DNA from: Phoronis australis
Lineage: Eukaryota; Animalia; Phoronida
Assembly (NCBI GenBank): GCA_002633005.1
Contig: NMRA01000109.1
Coordinates: 347,846 to 407,023, forward strand
DNA length: 59,178 nucleotides
Direction of reading: 5' to 3'
The position numbers and the translations under genes were made by a program. Shown here one piece after another: positions 40,141 through 52,815 of the stretch (positions within the stretch are counted from its first letter, which is position 1; each line of letters opens with the position of its first letter). Under the pieces are notes generated by a model. That model saw nothing but the letters and a program-made list of their open reading frames with translations, ran no database searches and was not told the DNA's origin.

Positions 40141-40360
40141 ATGTATGTTATGGTAATACTTAACAGCGAGCTTGTCTGTACATAATGTATGTTATGGTAA
40201 TACTTAACAGCGAGCTTGTCTGTACATAATGTATGTTATGGTAATACTTAACAGCGAGCTTGTCTGTACATAATGTATGTTATGGTAATACTTAACAGCG
40301 AGCTTGTCTGTACATAATGTATGTTATGGGAATACTTAACAGCGAGCTTGTCTGTACATA
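40141..40360 (+). repeat. Minisatellite, 44 bp x 5
   Basis: atgtatgttatggtaatacttaacagcgagcttgtctgtacata repeated five times, with one substitution in copy 5. Confidence 0.97.
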
Positions 40361-40444
40361 ATAAACAATCGGTGTTACTAACCCAAGTGTCATTAATCAA
40401 GCATCCTTACGAAGCTAAAATCTTTCTTAATCTGTGTTTTACAG

Positions 40445-40474
40445 CTGCAAAGGCGAAAAAAAATCCTAGCGTAG
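40445..40474 (+). CDS. 30-nt microexon (PAKAKKNPSV)
   Basis: tctttcttaatctgtgttttacag acceptor, TAG|gtgagt donor, phase 1-1. Confidence 0.65.
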   Translation: MQRRKKILA

Positions 40475-40883
40475 GTGAGTATTCAAATACGTGTGCATGG
40501 ATCGGGCATGGAGGCGGGTCAATTAGATGTATTTACCAGAATTCGCCGATTTATGATCGACTGATCATTTTTAGAATGCACAAATGCTTGCAACCGAAAG
40601 CTTTTGCAGAAATAAAGTCAGAAAACAAAGGACTATTCTAAAACCCCCTCTAACTCACTTCCCTTCGAACCCTCGACCCACGATCCACGTCTCCTTAACC
40701 CACAGCCCACAACTCCTAGACCCAGAATACAGCTAAATTATTAATATCAATTTTATTTGGTAGTCCTTGTATCCCACTTCCTAATCCCATTATGCCATTT
40801 CTATCGTTGTATGCAATCTACCAGTTTTTATATTAGAAATTTGCTTTTTTCGGTATGCAAAACAATGTCATTGTCTTCGTAAA

Positions 40884-41449
40884 AGAACGGTGCAGGTGGT
40901 CTGATGTCATTTGCGGTGCATCAGACTTGCGCAGGCCTCATGGTTGGGCCCATTGCACAAAACACCTGAGCGAAAGCTCGAGAGCCCAATTATGGCTCCT
41001 CGTGAAGAAAGTTTTCAAGTCTGTCAGTCTCCTTTAGGAAAACGGACAGACGTTTTCACTTGTTGCCATGCACTATATGTTGTAGGCATGTAACAGTGCC
41101 ATCCAGTAGGTTGCCCCTTAACCTATAAAAAGCTGGGCAAGACTCTACCAGGTGTTTAGGAGATTCTACGTCAGTACCACACTCGGGACACCCAGGACTC
41201 CCCATATGCCCAGTAATGTGTCTGTGTCGGGCTAGGTTGCAGTGGCTCGTCAAAATTTGAATGACATGTCTTATACCCAATCTATCTAGACTCAGAAGGT
41301 TTTTTGAACCTTTTAATTCGATCACGTTGGGAAAATACTCCTTGGTCTCTCTGCAGGAGTTAAGTGATGCCCACTGGGCTTCAGACTGGGTATGTACCCA
41401 GTTGCGTATACTCATCCTGCAACATCCGTAAGATACCGGTATAGCAAGG
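40884..41449 (-). mobile_element. 5'-truncated LOA-like LINE (C-terminal CCHC knuckle + 3' UTR)
   Basis: ILTSHCNLARH...CPECGTDVESPKHLVESCP; 7-bp TSD tcgtaaa (40877-83, 41450-56); a homologous empty site lies at about 28955-28985. Confidence 0.85.
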
Positions 41450-43859
41450 TCGTAAACCTTTAAAGGCCTGTAGGAAAAAAAGTAAGAGATCAATAAGTGC
41501 AAAAGTGGATTATCGAAGATATGCCGCTTCAAATAAACTAAAACATTTTTTCTCAGTCTTACCTTTTTCAATATTTGTCTTTGATTTAAAAAAATGCAAA
41601 ATTTGAAAATTTTCGAAGATTTGGTGGGATTTTGTGAATCTAGCCTGTTGGGTAGAATTTCGAAAAGGCTTTTAGAATTTGTTCTCCAATTTTAGCTACT
41701 ACGTCTCGTTTTTGAGTTGTCCGGACTTTCTGATGACGCTGTTCCTTTGCTGACTGAATTTTATGGCTCTTGTTTGTTTTACGTTCTATTAAATACACAC
41801 TATTTCTTACTCATTTCTGTCACCTTCATTCGTCTCATGATTGTTATCATCATGTTCATCATGGGTGCAATAATAATTTTCTTTCTTAATTCCCATTCCC
41901 GTTTATTTTTTGTAATTTTGGCGAAGAGCTGCTCCTCTGAGCGCTTTCATTATTTTGTGTCTGCTTTGCACGTTCATTTGATTAACATGATATTACATGT
42001 AACCTTCGTATTAGCTGGTCGTCCTCACTGAGCATTACTGTCCAAGTAACAGGCTCTGTCCATATTGAGAGACGGTACGGACCACGACATCGCAAGATCA
42101 CATCGTTAAAAGATTACTGTTTTGACGATTTCAACCAATGGTCGTCCTGTTTCCTGTTAATTTATCATCAGTTTCAAACCTGAAAGATAAAGGCAGCATT
42201 CAATTAAAAACTTCTATACTCTGGATGTTATGGTTGTTGGTGGGCAGTCTTTCCTACCGTCGTCGTGTAACTCGCCAAAAGCACAGGTCACGCTTGCCTG
42301 TTTAGCATACTTTCTTTTGAGGGTTGTCGAAGGTTATAGGGCAATATAGACCGGCAGTCCAGAGAACTTAGCATAGATGAACTAGGTTCCAACATCTGAC
42401 CACGGGAGCATTTAGAATTTCCCTCAGTATGCCCAGAAATGGACGTCTGCCGTTGTCTACACTCTGGTTGTGACCCCTGGGGGCCTTGTAAAGGGCCCAA
42501 AAATGAGCTAGATTAGATATTCGAGGTAACGGCCAAAACTAATTTAAAACGAACGACTGTACCGCACGGAACACCGAATGACCCATGACAGACAAATTGT
42601 ACTCTGGAATGGGTCCGGCAGAAACCAAAAAAATGACCCCCCCCCCCAAAAAAAGGGCTAGCACAAACATTCGAGGTACCACAAAAAAAAAACAATTCCA
42701 TGTGATTAAATACATGTCAGAGATCTTCATACCTCTCAAGGCGCTGTTCTAATGCCATTGTTATACACGTCGAATATTCATCTCCACTAACGCGTACTAT
42801 TAGTTTGAAATTATGTGTGCGTTCAAAAGTTGTTCCGAGTTACAAAATATAGTGTTCGAATGCCAGTATGCTATTTCAAGAACAGAGCCTGGAGGTGGCT
42901 CGTGTAGTTTCATTTTTGATTGTCAGTAGTGAACGGGTGCGTCTCTTTAAAGAGAAGGTTCATTGTTCTGGAGGTTCGATAGTCCGAACTATTTCAAGTA
43001 AGGCAAGGAAATACAGAAGGGTTCTATACATGTACGTGTAGTTCAAAGGGTTAGAAGACTGAAGTCGTGATAGTTTGAATGCCCCGTGGTCTAAATGGTC
43101 CATCATACAATTGTTCGCTCATCAAAAATACATGTACCAGGAATTTCCAAAAACAGGCCTTCGAGAAGACCAAAAAGAAACTGGTTCGGGAGGACAACAA
43201 CCATTTCCAAAACGATGGTTGAAATGACTTGCTGCCACATGACGACCCACGCCCGTCACTTGGATCTCGCAAGTTGAACAATAGCTTGAGAAATCCATAC
43301 GACATCATTTGGCATGGGTGATTTTCTTGCCAAAGCTCAAGCAGCGCGGAGTCAAATTGAGAAAATCGTAAGAGTAGGCAAAATCAACTTCATAAGGAAA
43401 GTACTACAAAAATATCGAAGGCATTTGTTTGGTCTGAGTGTAAGCTCCCTATCTCTTTTAAATTCAATGCCATTTGTTGTAAATTAAATTCAGTTGAATA
43501 CGAGCAGGATTTTATGTTTGATTAACAGTACAAATTGACATCTCTCACCTAGTACCCAACTTCCCATGCAGGCTTTAGCGGAATGAGACCATTATAATTG
43601 ATTCAGTATTTTTCAAGACTGTTTCGTAAAATTTGTTAAGTCGGCATCAGATCAAACATGCAATATATTGAATGATGTCCCTTTCTGCTGCACGAAAGAA
43701 CGGGTTTCTTTCAGGTTGCTATTACAAGTCACGTTTTCTTGTGATTTTTGAACCATGTATGTTCATTATAATAAATAAACACAACATGTACAGCTTATGC
43801 TCCTGAAACATTTGAAATTTCTTAACTGAGCAATTTATTTCGTAATCTTTGTTTTACAG

Positions 43860-43880
43860 TTTTCAAAGTGGGCATGCAGT
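43860..43880 (+). CDS. 21-nt microexon (VFKVGMQ)
   Basis: atctttgttttacag acceptor, T|gtgagt donor, phase 1-1. Confidence 0.65.
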
Positions 43881-44068
43881 GTGAGTAACAACTATACTTT
43901 ATTGCCAACAATCAGATGATGCATTTCGATCCAAATCATTTACAGTTATAGAAATAAAGTGAAAAATCAACTTGAAGAATATTTACCATATTTAAATGCA
44001 TGTGTATTGTTAAGCTGTGAGATAATACTTAAAATGTGTTTCTAAATTTGCGTATGGACGTTTTACAG

Positions 44069-44080
44069 ATTTTAGAGATG
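44069..44080 (+). CDS. 12-nt microexon (YFRD)
   Basis: ttttacag acceptor, G|gtaagc donor, phase 1-1. Confidence 0.6.
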
Positions 44081-44953
44081 GTAAGCATTTATTGCCAGGT
44101 TAAATGAAACTTTTGCAAGAAAGCTTCTACGTTATATTTTTGTTTGTTGTATTTTATGTTGTTTGCACTCTACTGTTCGCATCTCTCAACCAATCAACAT
44201 CAAATAATAAACATGCAAGTCTCATTATCAATCAAACACCTTGAGAGGCCAGGTGGCCTAATGGGTTTCTGGGAACTCCCCTACATGAAAATAGGATCAA
44301 TTGATTAATGTTTGAACCCAGAGTTGCTTTTAACCGAAGACACTTACTCTGGAAAGATTTATTCCGGTTACATATCGAAATTGTGTTTGGCCCTTGCTCG
44401 ACCAATGTATTGAAACCATGACATCCTGAATTGTGCCCTGGCACTCCGACCAATGGGCTAAAGAGACGAACCTAGAAACAAGCGATGCAGGTGGCTGCGG
44501 TATCCCAAAAACAACGCAAATACCTGACTTTCCAAATACTACCACCATATTTAAATTAAGCATGCCGCCAGACAGCAATCAGGTCTTTGGTGCACAGACG
44601 TTTAGCGGCACGTACAGATCCCGTGAAATGCAGACCGGAGATTAAAACCTAGTGGTACACCTTCCCTGTTATATTAGCATATTATATATTTATTTAATAT
44701 AGTGACGTAAGGGTGCAAGTAAATAAATTCTCGAAGACAGACTATTCACCACCCCCCCCCCCCCCNGTAGGATGTAGTGTACTAATACATGTAGCTTGCA
44801 GAGAAATCGAAACTCTTGAAGTATCCGTGGATGAAGAACATTTCCCAATGCAAGGACGAATCCTTGGCCGCATGGTCAGTAGTTGTGAGATGTAAACAGG
44901 TGAATTTCGATACCAGAAGATCTGAACTAGGTATTGTGTTTTAGAGATCTTAA

Positions 44954-46858
44954 AGAAGAATGTCACCCAAAAACAACCAATTTTGTATCAATTTAGATCG
45001 AGTAGTTTCAATCGATAACAGCAAATACAACTCTTTTACTTGACATCTGACTGCAGACGGCGTGTTAAAATTAACCAATGAGTTCAGATGTTCGAATGCC
45101 GTCTGTTTTACACCAACAAATATCAAAATTCGATTGAAAACCCTTCAAAATACATCGAGTTATTAAACAAACGTGTTATTTGATTTCGCTGTTACGAACT
45201 TTAGGTTATTGGACGTACCGTAGCCTACAGAGTTCGGTAGGGCCAATTTACCGCAAGGCCGGGCGAGGGAGTTTGAGGTTTGGATGGTAATAAATTTTAA
45301 TTATTTTTCCGTGAAATACAGGCTGGAGAACATAGCTGCGTGTTGTTCTAAACACGCAAAAGACTTGCTATCCCGGCCAGTGGCTCGGAACCCGATCAGA
45401 TCCGTCGCGGCCGAACTGAACACACCACAATCATAAACCAGCCAAAGTTACAAACTAAGTTTCCAGTCACGAAAAGGCTATGCTAATGAGCCAAAGAAAT
45501 AATGTGCACGTGATTATTTTGGTGAATTAGACGCAAAACTGCAAATCTACTTACTGCATGTAGCTCGTAGGGGGCCGCAAAGTCAGGTTACCCTTCCACA
45601 CAAATGTCAGGACAAAAGTTGTACACTAACAATGATTCGAATAATGTATATGAATATATAAATAACGATTTCCCTAACATTTGACATAGCATATAAAACG
45701 GAGTAATTGTTTCACATGACAGCTTTCTATCAGCAAACACTGAGTCAGCATGCGCACACATGGCCTCGGTGCCCGCGGTTAATTAGCCGGTTTATTGCAT
45801 CTAAAGCCGGTATCTCGGTGATTTATTCATTGATGGCTTCTCAAAACATTTGCACTCACGAACACTTCAAGGTATTACAAATTGTAGGTAATGAGACAGA
45901 CTTTGTTTCAGTTTGATATAAGCATTGGTTAGGGTGATAATAATTCATTTTGCAACAGAACGCACAATATGAACGTGCTCAACGTGGCAATCCCGACTTA
46001 GACGAGCGCTCATCCGACGAAGACTTCACAGGTCGATTGCTAGATTTCTCAGGAATACACTGGTCAAGAAATCATAGAGAGACTCCGTGAAAGTGCACAG
46101 AAAACGGAACACATGAATAGCTCCGAAAAACGTTTGCACTTATGGTGTCTTTAGCGAGCTAACTCCACGATAATGGAACGACTGACCCTTGCGTTTGCTG
46201 CCACAAAATTCCGCAATTGAAACGAATTCCTGGAGAAGCGCAGGTTTGTCTCACATACCATCCTGATTTTGCACCGCATCTAAGGCGTGCTTACGACATT
46301 TTTAGGGCTGAGAAAAAAGTGACGAAAACAGCCTTCAGCCGGAGGACCAAACAGAGGATCAACGAAAAAGACAGTCATCAAACAGGTTATATAAAACGTT
46401 ATGTTCTCACGCCTTGAATCAATTGTAATTGTTTGGGTTTTCATGGCCATGTACAATTCTCCATAATCAAAGACTGATCAACAACCGATCCGACGAAGTG
46501 CAGTCCACTGACAGACGCGGAGAAGTTTCAGGGTCTCATGCTTGGTATTAACGGCGTGCTTTTCATTCTTCAGTAACACTAGCCACTTCCAAAGCATTAT
46601 GGGCTCTCGAGGAAATCGAAAACACGATATACCCGATTTCCTCGCAGCTTCATGGTTCGCACCAGAGGGAACAAGACACCACACCATAGCAACAATCACT
46701 CTGCGTAGAACCACTGACGTCTCTGCAGCGATTCTCACCTTCCTCACATGTTAACGCGACACCTCTCGGCGAGGTAAGATCGACCGTGAAAGAGGTGATG
46801 CCAAAATAAACCGATTAAGACGTTAAAAAAGACTAATTAAACCGGGTGGCATTCTCCT
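44954..46858 (-). mobile_element. Kolobok DNA transposon derivative with THAP-domain relic
   Basis: TTAA TSDs, TIR AGAAGAATGTCACCC / AGGAGAATGCCACCC; MVWCLVP...GISCFRFP...W...RVC..HF THAP signature at about 46495-46687. Confidence 0.8.
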
Positions 46859-47539
46859 TTAACCTAATTAAACAACGAGAGGGGTTGCCAATGTGAATTA
46901 CTCATCCTTAAATTTAATAAACCTACAGGAAAAGTATTTAAGGGGTTTAAAATCACCAATTTCATATCAAAATCGCCCAAAACAACCCTATCGGTCGATT
47001 AGTTTTTCATATTAGAGCAACCGCAAATGCTATCTCACGATATGTTAATTAGTTGAGTTACGTGCATTTATTAGTCGATAACTACCTGATATCGGGGCAA
47101 CGAATTGATCTATTGTAAACGAGCGAAAAATCAGGTGACTAGGAAAAGTTAAAGTGGAACTTGCAAGCTCATCCCTTATGTCGGTGGTTGTTTGATCAAA
47201 TTAGTTACAAACGTAACACATAGCGACGGTGTGAATTTGAAGTACGTATACAGTTTCCGAATACTTTTAGAAGGAGTTTACTGTCAACCGTGTGCAATAA
47301 TTTTCGTGACATTATGTTGGGGAATAACAATGCATGATGCGAACTTCGTGAGCCCCCATCTGACGTCATGAGTGCAAGGTCAACTACATGTGTTTACAGA
47401 ATTTTTTGGTTTTCACATTTTCAAGTTGTCAATGCACACAACTGCATTTTTAGCGTAGATGATATTCAAGTAGTAATGTCGTTTAATTCCTGTTCTACAT
47501 TAGCATAGCGAATTTGAAATGACGGTTAAGGCCGAGGTT

Positions 47540-48400
47540 AAGGGGTTATTCCAATGCAGCTGTTGCGGTGGTGGTTTGAATGCGTGTGCGAGCCGAAAAC
47601 GGTGTTAGAGAGAAAGTGGCGTCTTTGAGGGGAAATGAGCAGAAGGTACTGATTCTGAGCAAAAACATCCCCCGTTCTTGAACAATTTGGCTATGGATGT
47701 GCAAGATGACTTTAAAGCCAATTGGCAATGTTATATATGTTTTTGGTTTCAAAGGAGAAACCGGCAAGTATTCAAGAAAGATCAAGCAGATTGGAGAACA
47801 TTTTGTTGCGAGGCTAAAAAAATGACGAGTAATTGTGACTTCGGAACCAAGCAACAGAAAAACAAACAGATCAGGGATCAGGCCATCAATCAATGTAAGC
47901 CATTACGATTTCGTCGTAAAGTGCAACAGGAAAGTCCCGGGTTCACTGTGAACAAATTACTGAACATTGCTAAGTTACAGGAAGTCGTTGATTGACAGCT
48001 AGTCAAAGGGAAATAAGTAATAACAGTCCCAGTGCCCCCTTTTAAAGACTGGGGGTGATCACCAAGGATACTCATAAAGGAAAAGAGAGCACCAGCATGT
48101 TTTTCTTAAGGACAGACGTTTAGGCCACATTCGCACGGATAACTGCTGTCGAGTGAGTCTTTTTGCTGTTGAGTGTGAAACAAAGTTAAAGATACAGAGA
48201 ACAATGGAAAAACTGAATGTGGTGCTTCAAACTCTGTTTAGCAGCTGTAGACAACCAACGGTTATGACAACCGATAATGAACCACATTTTAGCGAATGTG
48301 TTTCAGCACTTGTATGCAACCCATTAGCATACAGTACAGCACAGGCAATTCACACCGTTATATCCGGTTGGAAACGCCGAGGTGAAACGCGAGAGGGAGG
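47540..48400 (+). mobile_element. Gypsy LTR-retrotransposon relic (gag + integrase fragments)
   Basis: NCDFG...QIRDQ...RRKVQQE..FTVNKLLNIA (gag-like) and LQTLFSS..QP..TTDNEPHF (integrase-like); internal pol deleted. Confidence 0.65.
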
Positions 48401-49439
48401 ACTGCATACTTTACTTTTCCAATATTCAGCGCTAATGTTTTGCCGCAATTTGCGTGTCAGAAGAAGACTGACCTTTGTCTTAGTGATAAGCTTGTTTTTA
48501 ATGAATATTTGTGTACTTAAAGTTAGCACTTGCTTGACATGGTCCATTAGGTCTGGACAGAGATAATGTAATCTGTGTAGAATGGAGTAGCAAACATGGT
48601 TGACTACACGGCACTTGTCGTTATGAACAATCTCTATTCCATTCCGTTCGTATCCTCGGAACAAATTTCTACTCTAAGTAGAACTTTGGTAAAGCAACTG
48701 AATGCGAAATGTGTTTAATAGACACTCGATATTTCAAAATATACGGATTGAAGTTTGTCTCATACACATTGAATTTGACGAGGAAAATAGGGCCATGTAA
48801 TAAACTTTTCCAAATTCACCTCCCGTACTACTTCAACACGAAAAGTTCAAAACGTATGTCAATATCGGCTCAAAGTCGTTAACCGGTTCGATCACCAAAC
48901 TTTCGGAAAATAGTTTAAAGTACTACAATTATAACAGTGTAAATAACGCTCAACATACAATCAGGTCTCAATCATAACATATGGAGCAGGACTGCTAATA
49001 TATGATAGTTCTGTCTCAGTTATCATTTGTTCAACATTTTATCGTCTGCAACTCAGGCACCCATCCTTCGGTAACAACAATATCAAATGCTGTCGTTATT
49101 TAACTATTTTTAGGAGATGTTAAGAGTTCAATGAAAAGTTACCCTTGTTTTCATCTTTGTTATCTCTTTTCAAGTTATAAATCGTCACATTTAAAACCGT
49201 TTGTTTTACTAGAGAAAACTTGCAGCCTAGCGCACAAGTACATCCACATAGAATTTGATCCGCCACGTGAACAGCCTGGGTCAACTATTTAAAAAATCTG
49301 CGGAAAATGTAAGAAACTTAGGAATTCGAAGCGTATGGGTAAATACAAACGTACCTCGATTGGCGTACACGAAGCAATATCCCACTCAACATTATTCCGC
49401 GTATAGACCCAGACCGAAGGTCTCGGTCGATACAAGTAA

Positions 49440-50589
49440 TAATGGCTCGGAACCCTGGCAATCAGGCCTGTCACGGCCGCCGGGACTGGTACGAACATAA
49501 ACCAGCTTGAGTTGGAAACTAAACCTCCAGTCACGAAAAGACTATAATAGTGAGCCAAATAAATAACGCGCACGTAATTATTTATGTGAATTAGCCACGA
49601 AACTGGAAATCTATTTACTTGTTGGGGGTCCGCGAAGTCGGGTTCCCCTTCCACAGACCGTCAGGGCAAAGGTTGTACAGTAACAATGATTTGAATAATG
49701 TATTTGTATTTCTAATTAAAGATTTCCCTAACATGTGACCATACCATATAAAATCGAGTAATTGTTTCACAACAGCTTTCTGTCAGCAAACACTGAATTA
49801 GCATGCGCTCACACGGCCTCGGTGCCCGGTCAATTACTGTACCTTTGTTGCCGGCATCAAAGGCCGGCCGGGTAACGTAGTGGTTTATTCATTGCTGGCT
49901 TCTCAAAACATTTGCACTCACGAGCACTCCAAGGCATAAAATATTGTATCTAATGAGACAGACTTTGGTTCAGTTCCGTATAAGCAATGGTTAGCATGAG
50001 AACAATTCATATGCATGGCAACTCGCCTGGCGCCAATCCGACTTAGTCAAGAGCTCATCCGACGAAGACTTCACCGGTCGGATCGTTAGGTTTCACAGGC
50101 TTTCAGTTCGAACCGGAATACACTGATCAAGAAATACTAGAGAGGCGCCGTGAACATGCACAGGCAACGGAAGGTATGGATAGTTCTTTGGTAAGCCGGA
50201 ATTCGTCAGAGAAATCACTGTGGACGAAATGTCAGCCCAGAACAGATACGGAGATTTTTCACGGCCTCATACTTGCTATTAACAGCTTACCTTTCATTCT
50301 TCACTACCGTGAGCCACTTGCTAAGCATTTCGGGCTCTCGAGGAAGTCGAAAAACGATATACCCGCTTTCTTCGCAGCTTCATAGTTCGCACAAGCGGGA
50401 ACGATGCACCGCAATATAGCGGCATTCACTCTGCAGGCGAACCACCGAGGTCGCTACGTTTTTTCTCACCTTCCTTACAGGTTAACGCGACACCTCTCGG
50501 CAAGGTGAGGTCGACCGTATAAGAGGCGATGTGGATATAGACCGATTAAGACAGTAAAAAAGACTAATTAAATCGGGTGGCATTCTCCT
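49440..50589 (-). mobile_element. Second, partial copy of the THAP-Kolobok element
   Basis: Direct diverged repeat of 45380-46858 ending cgggtggcattctcct plus TTAA; retains CIVPACAN..AKKAGISFF. Confidence 0.8.
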
Positions 50590-51690
50590 TTAAGGGATTG
50601 TTTTTTAGATCTTCGTTGTAGAATCAACGTCCATGTTAAACAGTCTAGTGTGATTGTCTTGCCATTTCTTATCTAGTTAGTAGCACTTGCGCTTGTAATT
50701 GTGATTATGTCGTAGTACTGTAGTGTTCCGTATAATAGTTATTTATCCGTGATGTTTGATAGTGTGTTGACTGATCTATAAATGTCGTATTTTGATGCGT
50801 GGAGATATAGTTTTGTGGAAAAATTAAGCATGATAGGCTCAAAGCTCACGGGTTGCAACTCATTTAAATGCGATTCCTGCAATCATGTTAGAAGATGTGA
50901 CAGCGCACGTTTTCGGTCAGCTGGAATCGTAAATGTCTGTTAGAAATCAAAATTATCTTATCAGACAGTGTTCAAATGACACGACCTCTGTTATGACCAC
51001 CATTTTTTCCTCGCATAGTAGAATGTGTGTATGAAAGTCAACAATGCAGCAAACACTCGATCGGGTGGCAAATGTTGCAATTCCGTCTTAACTCCGTCGC
51101 AAATTGACGTCTCTTTCATCAGAATTGGAAATTGTGTTGGGACAATAACTTAATTGGACGAAATATAACTCAAATTTCTTTTTTATTCCACATAATCTTG
51201 CTTAGTTGAGTTTCAAATAAATTCTCGTTTAAACACATTTGTAACTTAGATAAAGTATTAGAAAATGAAAGTTCTCTAAATGACGAGCTAGCTACTGTCC
51301 ATGACTGGCTGGTTCACAATAAACTAATGAACTCTCTGTTAACGTTAGTAAAACCATGTTTATGCTGTTGAGAACCTAGCAGAAAGTAAAACAATAAAAC
51401 TTGTCTCTTTCTACCAACGTTTTCTTAGTCCAAATTGTCGACAACTTTAAAAACTTGGGCCTCATTTTAGATCCCAACCTGAAATTTAATATCCATTTAG
51501 TAAACGTCACAAAGAAATTGTAAAGAAAATTGTCGGTTTTACGCATCCAAAGCATTTTTTAATTTCAAGATATATGTAGGTCAATAAAACAACAAGAATG
51601 AATCAACTGAAATTCTCGAATATAATAACGTCCTTCGTCAACAGAAACAAAGTAAAATCAAACACTATATGACAACTGACATGTAAGATG

Positions 51691-52815
51691 CACAGGCGCT
51701 TGGGTTTATCGCAAATGACGTCACTAAATAATATATATAAGAAAACATAAAGGTTGGGCACTTAAACTTTGCCAAGCCGAGGCTCCCAACTTCAACGGTC
51801 CAAAATCCAAATAAAATCTGCGTGCACCTCCCTTAGCCTGGTATTGCATAAACATTCAAAGCCTTATCTTTCCTAGATCCCATTTAACTGTCTTCGTGAG
51901 TGGTGAAGTGGCGATGGAATATCCAAAACAATCTCAAAACTCTGAATTCAAGGACCTGAAATAGTAAACATGGCGGATTTCAGTTGTGCTTCAACTTGTA
52001 CGCCTGTCGTAGGTGAAACTTCGAGTTTGCGCAAGCAACCTATATTTCAAATTCAATAATTCTAATCCAAAACTCAACTATTGAGAATGTTAAAGTTAGT
52101 ATTTTAATGATTATTTGTAACTTTATTCCACTGACGGCTCATTTTAGCCCTTAACTTAGAAATTTATTACATAAACTGGTGTATCTTGTTTCTCATCTTG
52201 ACATAACGCACTTTTTTGATTGAAACACAACTTACTCGTCCAGGAAACGCAGTCCGTGCAAGTATTACAATGCGCGTGGCCGACGAGTTAACTCAATGGT
52301 TTTGGCCAAAAGTAAAACCTTCATAGGAAATCACAGTACACAAAAACTTCGCATATCAATACAGTATCAGGATAATTTATATTTGACACAAATATGTGAG
52401 TAATTACATTTATTTGGCAAGTGCTCTCTGCTTCTCATGATCAAGTAGTCGAGGGATTGACGATGAAAGCCGCGCGAAATTAGACCGTGGCTTTCGGATT
52501 TAGCTCGGGAGCGTCCGTTAAAAACCCGGATGTGCGAAGACCGTCTGCCATGACATCACGGAATCAGGTCCTTGAATTTGTGATTTTGGTATTCTTTTGG
52601 CATTGTTGTCGCCAAATCACCACTCGAAGGCAATTTGAAGAGATCAAATGAAAGAAGGTATTCTAAGAGTTGTTCGATGCTAGTTTCGTGGAGTTCCATG
52701 CACATTTGAGTAGAAAATTTTTAGGAAACAAATTTCGAGTGTCCAACCTTTATGTTTTCTTATATATATATATATTATTGAGTGACGTCATTTGCGATAA
52801 ACCCAAGCGCCTGTG
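51691..52815. mobile_element. Non-autonomous TIR element with 8-bp TSD (P-element/hAT-like)
   Basis: TIR CACAGGCGCTTGGGTTTATCGCAAATGACGTCACT (about 80 bp near-perfect, degenerate to about 270 bp); TSD gtaagatg at 51683-90 and 52816-23. Confidence 0.85.

Noticed and set aside
40141-40360. CRISPR-like array
   Set aside because: Head-to-tail identical units with no spacers, eukaryotic context, no cas genes.
41811-42179. Minus-strand exon-like segment with ctttcag acceptor and gtaag donor
   Set aside because: Stops in all three frames; could be non-coding but nothing else supports it.
46010-46045. Hammerhead-like ccgacgaagac...gtcga
   Set aside because: Lacks CUGA and GAAA core; internal Kolobok sequence.
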